From IMG/VR virus record IMGVR_UViG_3300021142_000076, positions 1-40,324 of that record: a stretch of DNA of 40,324 nucleotides; one strand, given 5' to 3'. The translations under genes and the position numbers were made by a program. The stretch comes from a virus. Lineage: Duplodnaviria > Caudoviricetes. This document shows, piece after piece, positions 1 to 7,483 of this stretch (position 1 is its first letter; the number at the start of each line of letters is the position of its first letter). A model generated the notes under the pieces. It ran no database searches, was not told the DNA's origin, and saw nothing but the letters and a program-made list of their open reading frames with translations.

Positions 1-285
1 GGTGGCAGCGCGGGTGGCAGCGCGGGTGGCAGCGTCGGTGGCAGCGTCGGTGGCAGCGTCGGTGGCATCGTAGGTGGCAGCGCGGGTGGCAGCGCTGGTG
101 GCAGCGCGGGTGGCATCGCTGGTGTCATCGTCGGTGGCAGCGCGGGTGGCAGCGCGGGTGGCAGCGCGGGTGGCAGCGCGGGTGGCATCGTCGGTGGCAT
201 CGTCGGTGGCATCGTCGGTGGCAGCGCGGGTGGCAGCGCGGGTGGCAGCGTCGGTGGCAGCGTCGGTGGCAGCGTCGGTGGCAGC
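1..285. repeat. 12-bp tandem repeat GGTGGCA[G/T]CG[CG/TC/CT/TA], 23 full units plus a partial unit
   Basis: Directly visible; coding repeat. Confidence 0.97.
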
Positions 286-543
286 CTTTCCAAACGTCTT
301 CCTCAAATACCAGATGCAGGCAGAGAATCCGGCGGCGAAGCGAGCCACAAATGGCGATGGGACAAAGACAACGCGACCGTGCCAGGGCAGGTTAGCGGCT
401 TCATACTGGCCCTTCAGTGCTTTGACCATCGCTGCCTTGTCTTCGGCATCCATAGGCTTGGTGGACATGCCGTTGGCAATCCATTTGTCAGCCCATGGTT
501 TGAGTTCGGCGCGGTGCTCTGGAGTGAGTTCGTATTTCTTCAT
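1..543 (-). CDS. N-terminal part of DUF6745-like protein with (x-A/D-A-T)n repeats; continues at the far end of the window
   Basis: Not in the ORF track because it runs off the edge. My translation from ATG 543 is MKKYELTPEHRAELKPWADKWIANGMSTKPMD...VVFVPSPFVARFAAG...KAATDAATDAAT..., open to base 1. Confidence 0.88.
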   Translation of the reverse strand, partial: MKKYELTPEHRAELKPWADKWIANGMSTKPMDAEDKAAMVKALKGQYEAANLPWHGRVVFVPSPFVARFAAGFSACIWYLRKTFGKAATDAATDAATDAATRAATRAATDDATDDATDDATRAATRAATRAATRAATDDDTSDATRAATSAATRAATYDATDAATDAATDAATRAATRAAT

Positions 544-562
544 AGTGGTGTGGTGGTGAGAA

Positions 563-1039
563 TTAACTAAGTGACCGTGCTTTCTCGCAGGCTCGGCATC
601 TGCGACCGCCTAATTTGCGGTAAATGGTATTGGCCGCGTTGAACTCGTGGCCGTGTTTGCAGTGGGTTTTGTTTCCGTTGATCTGGCCCAAAAGCTTCGG
701 GCCAATACCTCGGATAATATTTTCACGACGGGTGACTGGCTGTAGGTGGTCGGGATTAAAACAGCGGCGATTTCGGCAAAGGTGATCTAGATCGAAGCCA
801 GGTTGGATTGGTCCAACAAACTCAATATATGAAAGTCGGTGAACATACTGTTTTGGTCCTCTTTTCCCTGTAGTGGTAGAAGCGTATCCATTTTTGTGAC
901 AGGCTCCTTTCCACTCCCAGCAACCCGAAAGAGTGATCTTTCTTCCAGAAAGAAGTCGCTCTTCAAGAGATTGAATCTTGGGCTTCACGCCCTTGCTTCG
1001 CCGATACTTTTCGCATGCTGCTTTGTTCCCGGTTTTCAT
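563..1039 (-). CDS. HNH homing-type endonuclease
   Basis: CWEWKG...GY...HRLSY...DHLCRNRRCFNPDHL...EN motif plus C-terminal KTHCKHGH...RRCRAC. Likely start is ATG 1039, just after the upstream stop. Confidence 0.9.
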   Translation of the reverse strand: MKTGNKAACEKYRRSKGVKPKIQSLEERLLSGRKITLSGCWEWKGACHKNGYASTTTGKRGPKQYVHRLSYIEFVGPIQPGFDLDHLCRNRRCFNPDHLQPVTRRENIIRGIGPKLLGQINGNKTHCKHGHEFNAANTIYRKLGGRRCRACEKARSLS

Positions 1040-1040
1040 T

Positions 1041-1367
1041 TTAGTCCGCCACATTTCTGATTTGAGCAGGCGAATATTCCCGCTGGCGGATGCCGCGATA
1101 GACACCGGCAGGGACTGGGATGGCGGAGTGCTCTTGGTGCTCCAAAACGGCACCTTCTTTGGCGACGATCACGAGACCGCCACCTGCATCGGTGAAGTCG
1201 TCGGCAGCTTGGCGCGGGAAGGAATGATGATGACCGGTGGCCTCACCGTGGGCGAGAATGACACGCGGGCCTTTCGTGCGTGGTGTCAGGTTGGCGGGAG
1301 CTTCGGCGAGAGCTTGAAGAAGCACGTCGCCTTGGCGGTAGGTGGTGGGGATGGATTTCGTTTTCAT
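1041..1367 (-). CDS. Conserved small protein (YRQGDV / LAHGEATGHHH / HQEH / RQREY), usual upstream partner of DUF6745 proteins
   Basis: Recognisable motif set; His-rich, possibly metal-binding. Confidence 0.85.
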   Translation of the reverse strand: MKTKSIPTTYRQGDVLLQALAEAPANLTPRTKGPRVILAHGEATGHHHSFPRQAADDFTDAGGGLVIVAKEGAVLEHQEHSAIPVPAGVYRGIRQREYSPAQIRNVAD

Positions 1368-1402
1368 ATGGATGTATCAGGATGTGGTGTTTACTGGTGT
1401 GA

Positions 1403-1522
1403 TTAAGCCCAAAGAATCAGGCAAATTGAGAGAAGGGAAATGAAGCTGAGAACCCAACCGGCCATCAGACGCATGCAGTCGGTGGTGAACTCTTCGGCGG
1501 CGATGTTGCGGCGCGTGTTCAT
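1403..1522 (-). CDS. Small membrane peptide (39 aa)
   Basis: ATGA coupling with the upstream ORF; hydrophobic C-terminus WVLSFISLLSICLILWA. Confidence 0.55.
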   Translation of the reverse strand: MNTRRNIAAEEFTTDCMRLMAGWVLSFISLLSICLILWA

Positions 1523-1713
1523 GCGCGTTTCACACCTCCCGTCTTGGCGGTTTCGTATCCGCTGGCATAAGCTCTGCTCCGGATCGTCTCGCGAACAGAT
1601 GAGAACTCGTCGCAGAGTTCTTGCACCTTGCGCGAGTGATAGACTGAGAAGCAGAAACACGCGATGGCGCAGCCGGAAAGACTGCCGAGCGCGAAGATAA
1701 AGAGTGCGTTCAT
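1519..1713 (-). CDS. Small membrane-anchored hypothetical protein
   Basis: MNALFIFALGSLSGCAIACFCF...; ATGA overlaps at both ends. Confidence 0.6.
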   Translation of the reverse strand: MNALFIFALGSLSGCAIACFCFSVYHSRKVQELCDEFSSVRETIRSRAYASGYETAKTGGVKRA

Positions 1714-1949
1714 TTCGATTTGGCGTGACGGTTGAGAAGATTCCGAATGCTCCTGTAGGCGCTGTTGCGCTTGGCCTCCGTGACCTCGCCCTCTTTCACG
1801 AGGAAATCGGTCATGCTCACCGGGTCGTGGCCCGCTTCTTGCATCTGGAGGAACAAGGGCATGAAGCACTTGTAAGACGACTTGCCCGGCTTCTGCGGAG
1901 GCAGAGACGCTGCGGCCTTTTGCAAGAGGGCGGCGAGTGGCTGCTTCAC
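1710..1949 (-). CDS. Hypothetical early protein, possibly DNA-binding
   Basis: GTGA-coupled to the RHH gene; basic, helical. Confidence 0.65.
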   Translation of the reverse strand: MKQPLAALLQKAAASLPPQKPGKSSYKCFMPLFLQMQEAGHDPVSMTDFLVKEGEVTEAKRNSAYRSIRNLLNRHAKSK

Positions 1950-2131
1950 TTGCCACCGCCTTTCCGCTTCTTGGGTGTGGGGCGGGTGAGGCTGAGTCGT
2001 CCGGTGGCCAAAATATCATCCGAAAGGCGAGTCAGACCAATTCTGACCAAATCGGAGATTTTCAGGCCCACCATGGATGCGGCCTGCTCGGCTCGGGATT
2101 CAAGTTCTGGTGTTGTTCTCACTGAGATCAT
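1946..2131 (-). CDS. Ribbon-helix-helix regulator (Cro-like position)
   Basis: MISVRTTPELESRAEQAASMVGLKISDLVRIGL matches the CopG/Arc-like pattern. First gene after the leftward promoter. Confidence 0.8.
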   Translation of the reverse strand: MISVRTTPELESRAEQAASMVGLKISDLVRIGLTRLSDDILATGRLSLTRPTPKKRKGGGK

Positions 2132-2137
2132 GTTTGC

Positions 2138-2166
2138 ATTGTGTGACATTGTGGACATGGCGTCAA
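2138..2166 (-). promoter_or_regulatory. Sigma70-type early promoter TTGACG-N17-CACAAT, probably leaderless
   Basis: -35 at 2166-2161 and -10 at 2143-2138; ATG 2131 lies 6 nt downstream. Confidence 0.7.
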
Positions 2167-2203
2167 ATATATTTTTGATTTTGTTTAACTTTGTGTGACA
2201 TTG
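2139..2203. promoter_or_regulatory. Operator-like direct repeat TTGTGTGACATTG x2
   Basis: Exact 13-mers at 2139-2151 and 2191-2203, each over a predicted -10 region; a degenerate copy lies at about 2149-2160. Confidence 0.7.
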
Positions 2204-2207
2204 CGTG

Positions 2208-2426
2208 ATGAAAACGCAGACGCTTTCCACCCGTGTAGATGAAAAACTCGTTGAGAGATTGAACCGTTTTGAGGCTCAGACAGGGGTGGAAAAAGCTTCT
2301 CTCGTCCGCGTTGCCATCACTGCTGCTCTGGACTTCTATGAGCAGAATGGGAGCATTTCATTCCCGCTCTTCATTGCGGACGCTACCCAACGCCCCACGT
2401 CATCGAAGACCGGGGCAAAACGCTAA
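2208..2426 (+). CDS. Ribbon-helix-helix regulator (repressor-like position)
   Basis: MKTQTLSTRVDEKLVERLNRFEAQTGVEKASLVRVAITAAL is an RHH pattern. Only credible plus-strand gene. Confidence 0.85.
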   Translation: MKTQTLSTRVDEKLVERLNRFEAQTGVEKASLVRVAITAALDFYEQNGSISFPLFIADATQRPTSSKTGAKR

Positions 2427-2517
2427 TTGTGTTCATGGGAACACTCTCGCGGCAAACTCCAGACCGCGCAAACGCCAGCCTGTATTACATGGAATGTGAA
2501 TAACCCATTGCCATGAA

Positions 2518-2724
2518 TCACTTCACGATCTCATACGGAAACGTGCGCTTTGAATCCGCTTCCATTTGCAAACGGCGAGCTTTGTCTTGCTCTTCTTGGA
2601 ACTGGTATTTGTAATCGCTCAGAGTCTCTTTGAGATAATCCCTTGGAGGCGGCTTGTTGTGCTCCCTGAGTAAATTCAGGGCGATGAAGACGGCTGGAAC
2701 AAGGAAGATGAAAAGCTTTTTCAT
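2518..2724 (-). CDS. Small exported or membrane-anchored protein
   Basis: MKKLFIFLVPAVFIALNLL signal/TM segment; ATGA coupling. Confidence 0.6.
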   Translation of the reverse strand: MKKLFIFLVPAVFIALNLLREHNKPPPRDYLKETLSDYKYQFQEEQDKARRLQMEADSKRTFPYEIVK

Positions 2725-2924
2725 GAGCGTAACGCCGGGTTGATGATGAATCTGTAAAGGAGAACCATCGCAACTACGGCAGCGATGAAATAAGCGATCA
2801 TCCATTTGGCGGTCGGTTGACGTTTGGACAAAGCCGAATGGCCAGCATAGAAGATCCCGAAGAAAACGAAGATCACAAGGCCGTTGGCGATGTCGGTATT
2901 TGCCAGCCATTTCAGGAAAGACAT
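2721..2924 (-). CDS. Small two-TM membrane protein (moron-like)
   Basis: Two hydrophobic helices; lies between the integrase and the repressor. Confidence 0.65.
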   Translation of the reverse strand: MSFLKWLANTDIANGLVIFVFFGIFYAGHSALSKRQPTAKWMIAYFIAAVVAMVLLYRFIINPALRS

Positions 2925-2971
2925 CCCGCACCCTACGCGGAATATTCACCCGTCAATGCACAAATGCACAG

Positions 2972-4108
2972 TTACCGCCGCGCCCTCGCCTTGCTCAACG
3001 CCTCGCGCAACCCCTGAATCTCCGCATGCACATACTTCCGCGCCACCTTCACCGAGTCGTGATCGGTCACCAGCCGCGCCAGCTCGCCACTCACGCCGGC
3101 GGAAGTGAGCCGCGTCTGCATCGAGTGCCGGTAGCTGTGGAAGCTCTTCAGGTGCACCACACGATTGCCACGCTCGACCGGCTGCGGATCAATACCCGCC
3201 TTGACCAGCCATTGCACGAAATCCTCGCTCACTCTCCCGTTGCGGTTGTCGGCATGGTTAAGCGCCTTGAAATCACCCAGGGCCCTGGTCATCGCCGCCA
3301 GCCAGCAAGGCAGGGGCAGCACCACCGTTCGTCCGCCGCGCTGCGCCTTCTTCCGTGGCTGCATCGTGAGCAAGTCGCCGTCGATGCTCGCCTTCGTCAC
3401 GTCCAGCAGGTCTTGCATGCGATGCCCCGTGTGCCAACCCAGTGAAACGAAGCACTGCCAGGCTTTCCGAATCTTCGGTTTCGCCTGCCGCCGCACCGCC
3501 CGCAGGATGGCCGCTTGCTCGCCGCGGCTGAACGTCAGCTTCTCCACCGCACCGGTGGCCCCACGCTTCACTGCCTTCGTTGGATTCGCTGTGCAGTGAC
3601 CGTGCGCCATCGCACGATTGAAAACCATCGAGGCGAAATTCAGATGATCATAGGCCGTTGTTCCTGAGAACCGTTTGCGCACGTCCGTGTAAAAGTCCTG
3701 CATGTCCGCCACAGTGAAGCTCGTAATCGGCTCGTCTGCCCGTTTTCCTGCCCATTCTACGAGCTTGGTGCGCTGTGACTCATACTTGCGCCGCGTCACG
3801 TCTGCAATGGACAGAGCGGCCAGCAAATCCGCAGCAACCGCGCTCAAGCTGGGTGATGGCTCGATGGACTCCGATCCAGCCAACTGCAGAATCTCATTCA
3901 CCAGCCTGAACGCCCGCTCTCGGGTCAGCGTCCCAGCCTTTGCCGCCGCGCTGGCCTGCTCAAGCTTCGCCGCAATCCCAGCCGCCGCCGCCTCATCCGC
4001 CGCCCCGGTGCTCTGTTGCTTCCAGATCCATTTACCCTTGCGCGCATCCCAGGCACGAAAAGCAGCGGTCCAGATGTCGGAGTTTTTGCGTTTGAAGACG
4101 GTGGCCAT
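2972..4108 (-). CDS. int: Tyrosine integrase
   Basis: HTGHR, HSYRH, TDH and KYVH catalytic motifs; N-terminal arm-binding-like domain; likely start ATG 4108. Confidence 0.93.
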   Translation of the reverse strand: MATVFKRKNSDIWTAAFRAWDARKGKWIWKQQSTGAADEAAAAGIAAKLEQASAAAKAGTLTRERAFRLVNEILQLAGSESIEPSPSLSAVAADLLAALSIADVTRRKYESQRTKLVEWAGKRADEPITSFTVADMQDFYTDVRKRFSGTTAYDHLNFASMVFNRAMAHGHCTANPTKAVKRGATGAVEKLTFSRGEQAAILRAVRRQAKPKIRKAWQCFVSLGWHTGHRMQDLLDVTKASIDGDLLTMQPRKKAQRGGRTVVLPLPCWLAAMTRALGDFKALNHADNRNGRVSEDFVQWLVKAGIDPQPVERGNRVVHLKSFHSYRHSMQTRLTSAGVSGELARLVTDHDSVKVARKYVHAEIQGLREALSKARARR

Positions 4109-4317
4109 TGCACAAAGAATTGCACAAAATAGCCATTCCATTCAACTTTTCACACCATTCTGTGAACTTGTGTATAATTTCACACGACACCAGGGGAAAC
4201 GGCACCATTAAAACGGCATTTCAACCCTCGTCGGACCCCCGATTTATACCGCGTGGAGCTAAGGGGAGGTCATATTCCCCCTAGCTACATGTCATTTTGC
4301 ACAAAAAAGCGCACAAT
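4108..4317. other. attP: tRNA 3'-end-like core flanked by arm-type repeats
   Basis: TTCAACC-CTCGT-CGGACCC at 4220-4238 fits T-loop, T-stem 3' strand and acceptor 3' strand. TTGCACAAA occurs at 4108, 4120 and 4297, and GCGCACAAT at 4309. Confidence 0.7.
4257..4286. terminator. Stem-loop next to the att core (terminator-like)
   Basis: AGCTAAGGGGAG/TTCCCCCTAGCT imperfect inverted repeat; no clear U-tract. Confidence 0.4.
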
Positions 4318-4349
4318 AAAACACATATATATGTGTTCACGTGTGAACA

Positions 4350-4742
4350 TTAGAACCCCAGAATCTGCGCCTTCTCATCGGCAGTCAAAACGCCTGCCGT
4401 AACGAGCTGGTTGAGCACGGCCAGCAGTTGTGCATCGGTCGCTACAACATACGGCGAGGCGCAGAGCTGGGCAATGCCCTGATCGAGCGCCACGGCCAGC
4501 GTGGTGCCAGCTTGCCTTGCGGCCGTCACTTTGGCCCACGTGCCAACGGGAATGCGGGCGATGAAGTCAGCGGTGGGGATCGTGTGCGCGGGAAGGTGCG
4601 GAGGCAGTTTAAGCTCATGCTCACGAATCAGCATGGCCTTGGCCTGCTCTGCGGTGATGGAGCATTTGTAGGCTGACACGCGAGCCGCAATGTCGACTGC
4701 CGGCGGCTCAAACGTGGAAAGTGGTGTTTTGATAAAGCTCAT
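4350..4742 (-). CDS. Hypothetical tail-associated protein or fibre chaperone
   Basis: Last late gene; the C-terminal L..LV.AGVLT..E..QIL pattern is common in fibre-adjacent proteins. Confidence 0.65.
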   Translation of the reverse strand: MSFIKTPLSTFEPPAVDIAARVSAYKCSITAEQAKAMLIREHELKLPPHLPAHTIPTADFIARIPVGTWAKVTAARQAGTTLAVALDQGIAQLCASPYVVATDAQLLAVLNQLVTAGVLTADEKAQILGF

Positions 4743-4745
4743 AAA

Positions 4746-5681
4746 TCAAGTGTAGGGAGTTCCGCTGACCATCGACAGATGATAGGTGGTTGTCTCGCCA
4801 TCGCTTACATCGGCGGAGGCCTGCACAAATTGGGTGGAGATTGTGCCAGCGCTTCCTCCAGTGCCTGGATTGCCCGCAGAGCCAGGGGCCAGACCACCAC
4901 CACCTGCGCCGCCTAAACCTGCCGAAGCAGCTCCAGCATAAAAGCCACCCACGAAAGAATTAAAACAGGTGATAACCCCTTGGCTGCCGCCATTGCCGCC
5001 ATTGCCGCCATTTCCACCTGCGCTTGTAGGATCAGAATCATCGGGGGAATTCCCGCCATTGCCGCCAGTCCCGCCATTGCCAGACACCATGGCGACATAT
5101 CCACCAATGATGCAGTCTTGCACAAAGACAGAAGCCGAGGCACCCCCATTGCCACCTCCAAAACCATTGGCAGCAAGGATTCCATCATCACCATTGCCGC
5201 CCGTGCCGCCTGTTCCAGCAGTCACTACAACATCGGATGTGGTTTTAATGCCAATGATATTGACATTCGTGGCATCAGTTCCAGGGAATCCGTCGCCGCC
5301 TGGATTGTCCGCCCCGTTGGGAAAGGTGATATTGACACCACCGACGGTAATATTGTCGCGACCATTGCCATACACGCTGCCACTGGTTCCATTGATAGCC
5401 CCCACAAATGTTTGATCTTTTCCCTTGCCCAAAAACTTGACATTAAGCGTGGTCACACTGCCACCGGCAAATGTGCCCACACCCATGTCAAAAACTCTCG
5501 CGCCTGCTGAATAGGCGGCAAGCCATGACGCAAATGGTCGGAAGGGATCACCCACCACCGCATCCCCGTCATTCCCGCTCGTGCGGACATAGGCCACGTT
5601 CGGGTCCGCCGCATCCGGCAGCAGCAGGTTGCTTGCTCCGCCGCCGCCGATACCGCCTGCAAATGAACAGGTGAAGCTCAT
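4746..5681 (-). CDS. Glycine-rich putative fibre/adhesin
   Basis: YVRTSGND...G...PF motif followed by GGNGGNGG tracts. Confidence 0.75.
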   Translation of the reverse strand: MSFTCSFAGGIGGGGASNLLLPDAADPNVAYVRTSGNDGDAVVGDPFRPFASWLAAYSAGARVFDMGVGTFAGGSVTTLNVKFLGKGKDQTFVGAINGTSGSVYGNGRDNITVGGVNITFPNGADNPGGDGFPGTDATNVNIIGIKTTSDVVVTAGTGGTGGNGDDGILAANGFGGGNGGASASVFVQDCIIGGYVAMVSGNGGTGGNGGNSPDDSDPTSAGGNGGNGGNGGSQGVITCFNSFVGGFYAGAASAGLGGAGGGGLAPGSAGNPGTGGSAGTISTQFVQASADVSDGETTTYHLSMVSGTPYT

Positions 5682-5956
5682 CGAATGGCCTCCACGCTTT
5701 TAAGGGTGACCTGTGTCGCGCTTTCATCCGTTCGCTTCACCTTCAGCTGGTTGGCATTCGTGATGCCGCGAAAGCTGAAGGCCAAACCGGACGGCAGCAC
5801 GAACTCGGTGTTGTCCGCGTCCGTCGTGTGAAGAAACGTCAGGTCGGTTCCTGTGCCGTTGTAGATGTCCACGGAGATGGCCGGTTGGCTTGGCAACGTC
5901 ACAAAAGACGCGCCATCAGCGGATGTCTGGACCTGGAGGAATTTCGCGGAGATCAT
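5678..5956 (-). CDS. Hypothetical beta-rich virion protein
   Basis: ATGA-coupled on both sides. Confidence 0.7.
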   Translation of the reverse strand: MISAKFLQVQTSADGASFVTLPSQPAISVDIYNGTGTDLTFLHTTDADNTEFVLPSGLAFSFRGITNANQLKVKRTDESATQVTLKSVEAIR

Positions 5957-6567
5957 GGCGTGACGGATGGGACAGGGTTTTTGGCGAGCACGAAAGCGTG
6001 ACCGGTCATGCCGGTGTATTGCTGCTGCGCGGTAGTCACGACCGCTTGCAGCCCGGCGAGTTCCGACTGCCGCACAATTTCTTTGGCAACGTCGGCATTC
6101 GCACCTTGCGCTTTGAGAGTTGCAATCTGCCCGGCTGCCTTCGTGATGATGTCACCCACGACCTGCTCTTCAGCGGCATTCGCCAGTTGCTTGCCGAGGG
6201 CTTCAGCGGTCACCAGCGATGCTTGCCCCAGCGGCGATGCCACGAAAGCGGCGATGCCCGCGCAGTTCGTCAGCAGCATCATGCCGGCCACAATCAACGG
6301 TGCTTTCTTCGCGGCCTCGATGGCGGTATTGACGTTCTCCAATTCAGGCACGGCATACTTGCGCGAGATCCAAGACAGCGATACCTCCACCGTGCCAAGC
6401 ACAGCAGACGATGCGGCAGCAGCGATTACACCGGCATGTGTAGCGTCAAAGCCATGTCCAACAAGCCAGCCCGTTAGCACAGCAGCGAGCACAGCGGAGT
6501 ATTTGATGGCCTGACGGGCGAGCCATCCGGCATTGGTAGAGACGAGGTTGAGGAGCATGGTGTTCAT
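5953..6567 (-). CDS. Membrane protein, putative holin-like or spanin-like lysis protein
   Basis: Two N-terminal TM segments and an internal LLTNC lipobox-like segment. Confidence 0.6.
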   Translation of the reverse strand: MNTMLLNLVSTNAGWLARQAIKYSAVLAAVLTGWLVGHGFDATHAGVIAAAASSAVLGTVEVSLSWISRKYAVPELENVNTAIEAAKKAPLIVAGMMLLTNCAGIAAFVASPLGQASLVTAEALGKQLANAAEEQVVGDIITKAAGQIATLKAQGANADVAKEIVRQSELAGLQAVVTTAQQQYTGMTGHAFVLAKNPVPSVTP

Positions 6568-6575
6568 GATGTCGA

Positions 6576-6842
6576 TTATGGTTTGATGGAGAGAGTTTCC
6601 TGTGTCGCGCCGAGGTGACGGAGAAGCATGTTGCGAAGCTCTTTGCGGTCGGCGTCGCAGGCCACAATGTGCTGCTCCATGGCATCCAGCCGTTCCGAGC
6701 GCTCACTGTTCAGCGCTCCCACGAGTTCGCGGTTGGTCTTTTGCAGCCACCACACCGCCAGCGCCATCAGCAGCGCAGGTAGTCCCGCGCGGGCGATGGA
6801 TTCCCAGATGTCAGCGGCTGGCATGTCCGCAAGGGTGATCAT
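6576..6842 (-). CDS. Putative holin (single TM plus coiled coil)
   Basis: GLPALLMALAVWWL TM segment, charged coiled-coil tail, position after the fibre gene. Confidence 0.6.
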   Translation of the reverse strand: MITLADMPAADIWESIARAGLPALLMALAVWWLQKTNRELVGALNSERSERLDAMEQHIVACDADRKELRNMLLRHLGATQETLSIKP

Positions 6843-7483
6843 AGTGAAACTCGATATTGCCCCGCTCCATCACGGGTGATTTTGGGCGGAGTCGAATACC
6901 CGTAGAGCACGCGCCCGCTCTTCTGGTCGCACAGCGTCGAACTCGGCGCGATGGTCACACGCATGCCGCGCTGAATGCAGACCGAGAGCCAGTATTCCAC
7001 ACATGCCCGGCCCGTCTGACCGTCTGCATGCTGCCCAGCGGTGTAGTCGCAGCCGTAGAGCTTCAGATGCTTCACCTGCATCAGCAGCGCCAGGCCGACC
7101 GCATAGGCCACCGTGTTGTTGAAGTAGGGGTATTGGCAGCAGTTCAGCACCGCCTGCAGAGGGTATTCCACGGAGCCGGGAAAGCCGTCGTATTTGCGCT
7201 GCGTGTAGATCGGTCCGGGATGCTTCGCTAGCCAGTCACCGAATCCAGCAAGAGAAGGATTTGCCTCCCGTGCTGCCTTAGCAAAATAGGGCAGGGCATC
7301 CATGCAAATGAGCCGGTCATGCTGAAGCACGCCGCCCGCTGCGTTGATGGCCCACGTCTCGTCAGCCACGCCAAAGCGTGAGGACTTGTTCAGGCATTCG
7401 TCAACGTAATCTTTATGGCTTGGCCCCATCGCCACGATGGCCACGGTGTAGGGATTGCCGTTGTCTCCTGTGCTCGTGCTCAT
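6839..7483 (-). CDS. Putative glycosyltransferase-like protein (Maf/DUF115/sialyltransferase-like Rossmann fold)
   Basis: VAIVAMGPS...WAIN...NTVAYAVGLA...LYGCDY motif order. Confidence 0.6.
   Translation of the reverse strand: MSTSTGDNGNPYTVAIVAMGPSHKDYVDECLNKSSRFGVADETWAINAAGGVLQHDRLICMDALPYFAKAAREANPSLAGFGDWLAKHPGPIYTQRKYDGFPGSVEYPLQAVLNCCQYPYFNNTVAYAVGLALLMQVKHLKLYGCDYTAGQHADGQTGRACVEYWLSVCIQRGMRVTIAPSSTLCDQKSGRVLYGYSTPPKITRDGAGQYRVSL

Noticed and set aside
74-559. Plus-strand 161-aa ORF with AARV/AASV repeats
   Set aside because: Antisense shadow of the minus-strand repeat gene, which has a proper start and fits operon polarity.
4220-4240. tRNA gene
   Set aside because: Only the 3' portion is present, with no 5' half or anticodon arm; interpreted as the att core.
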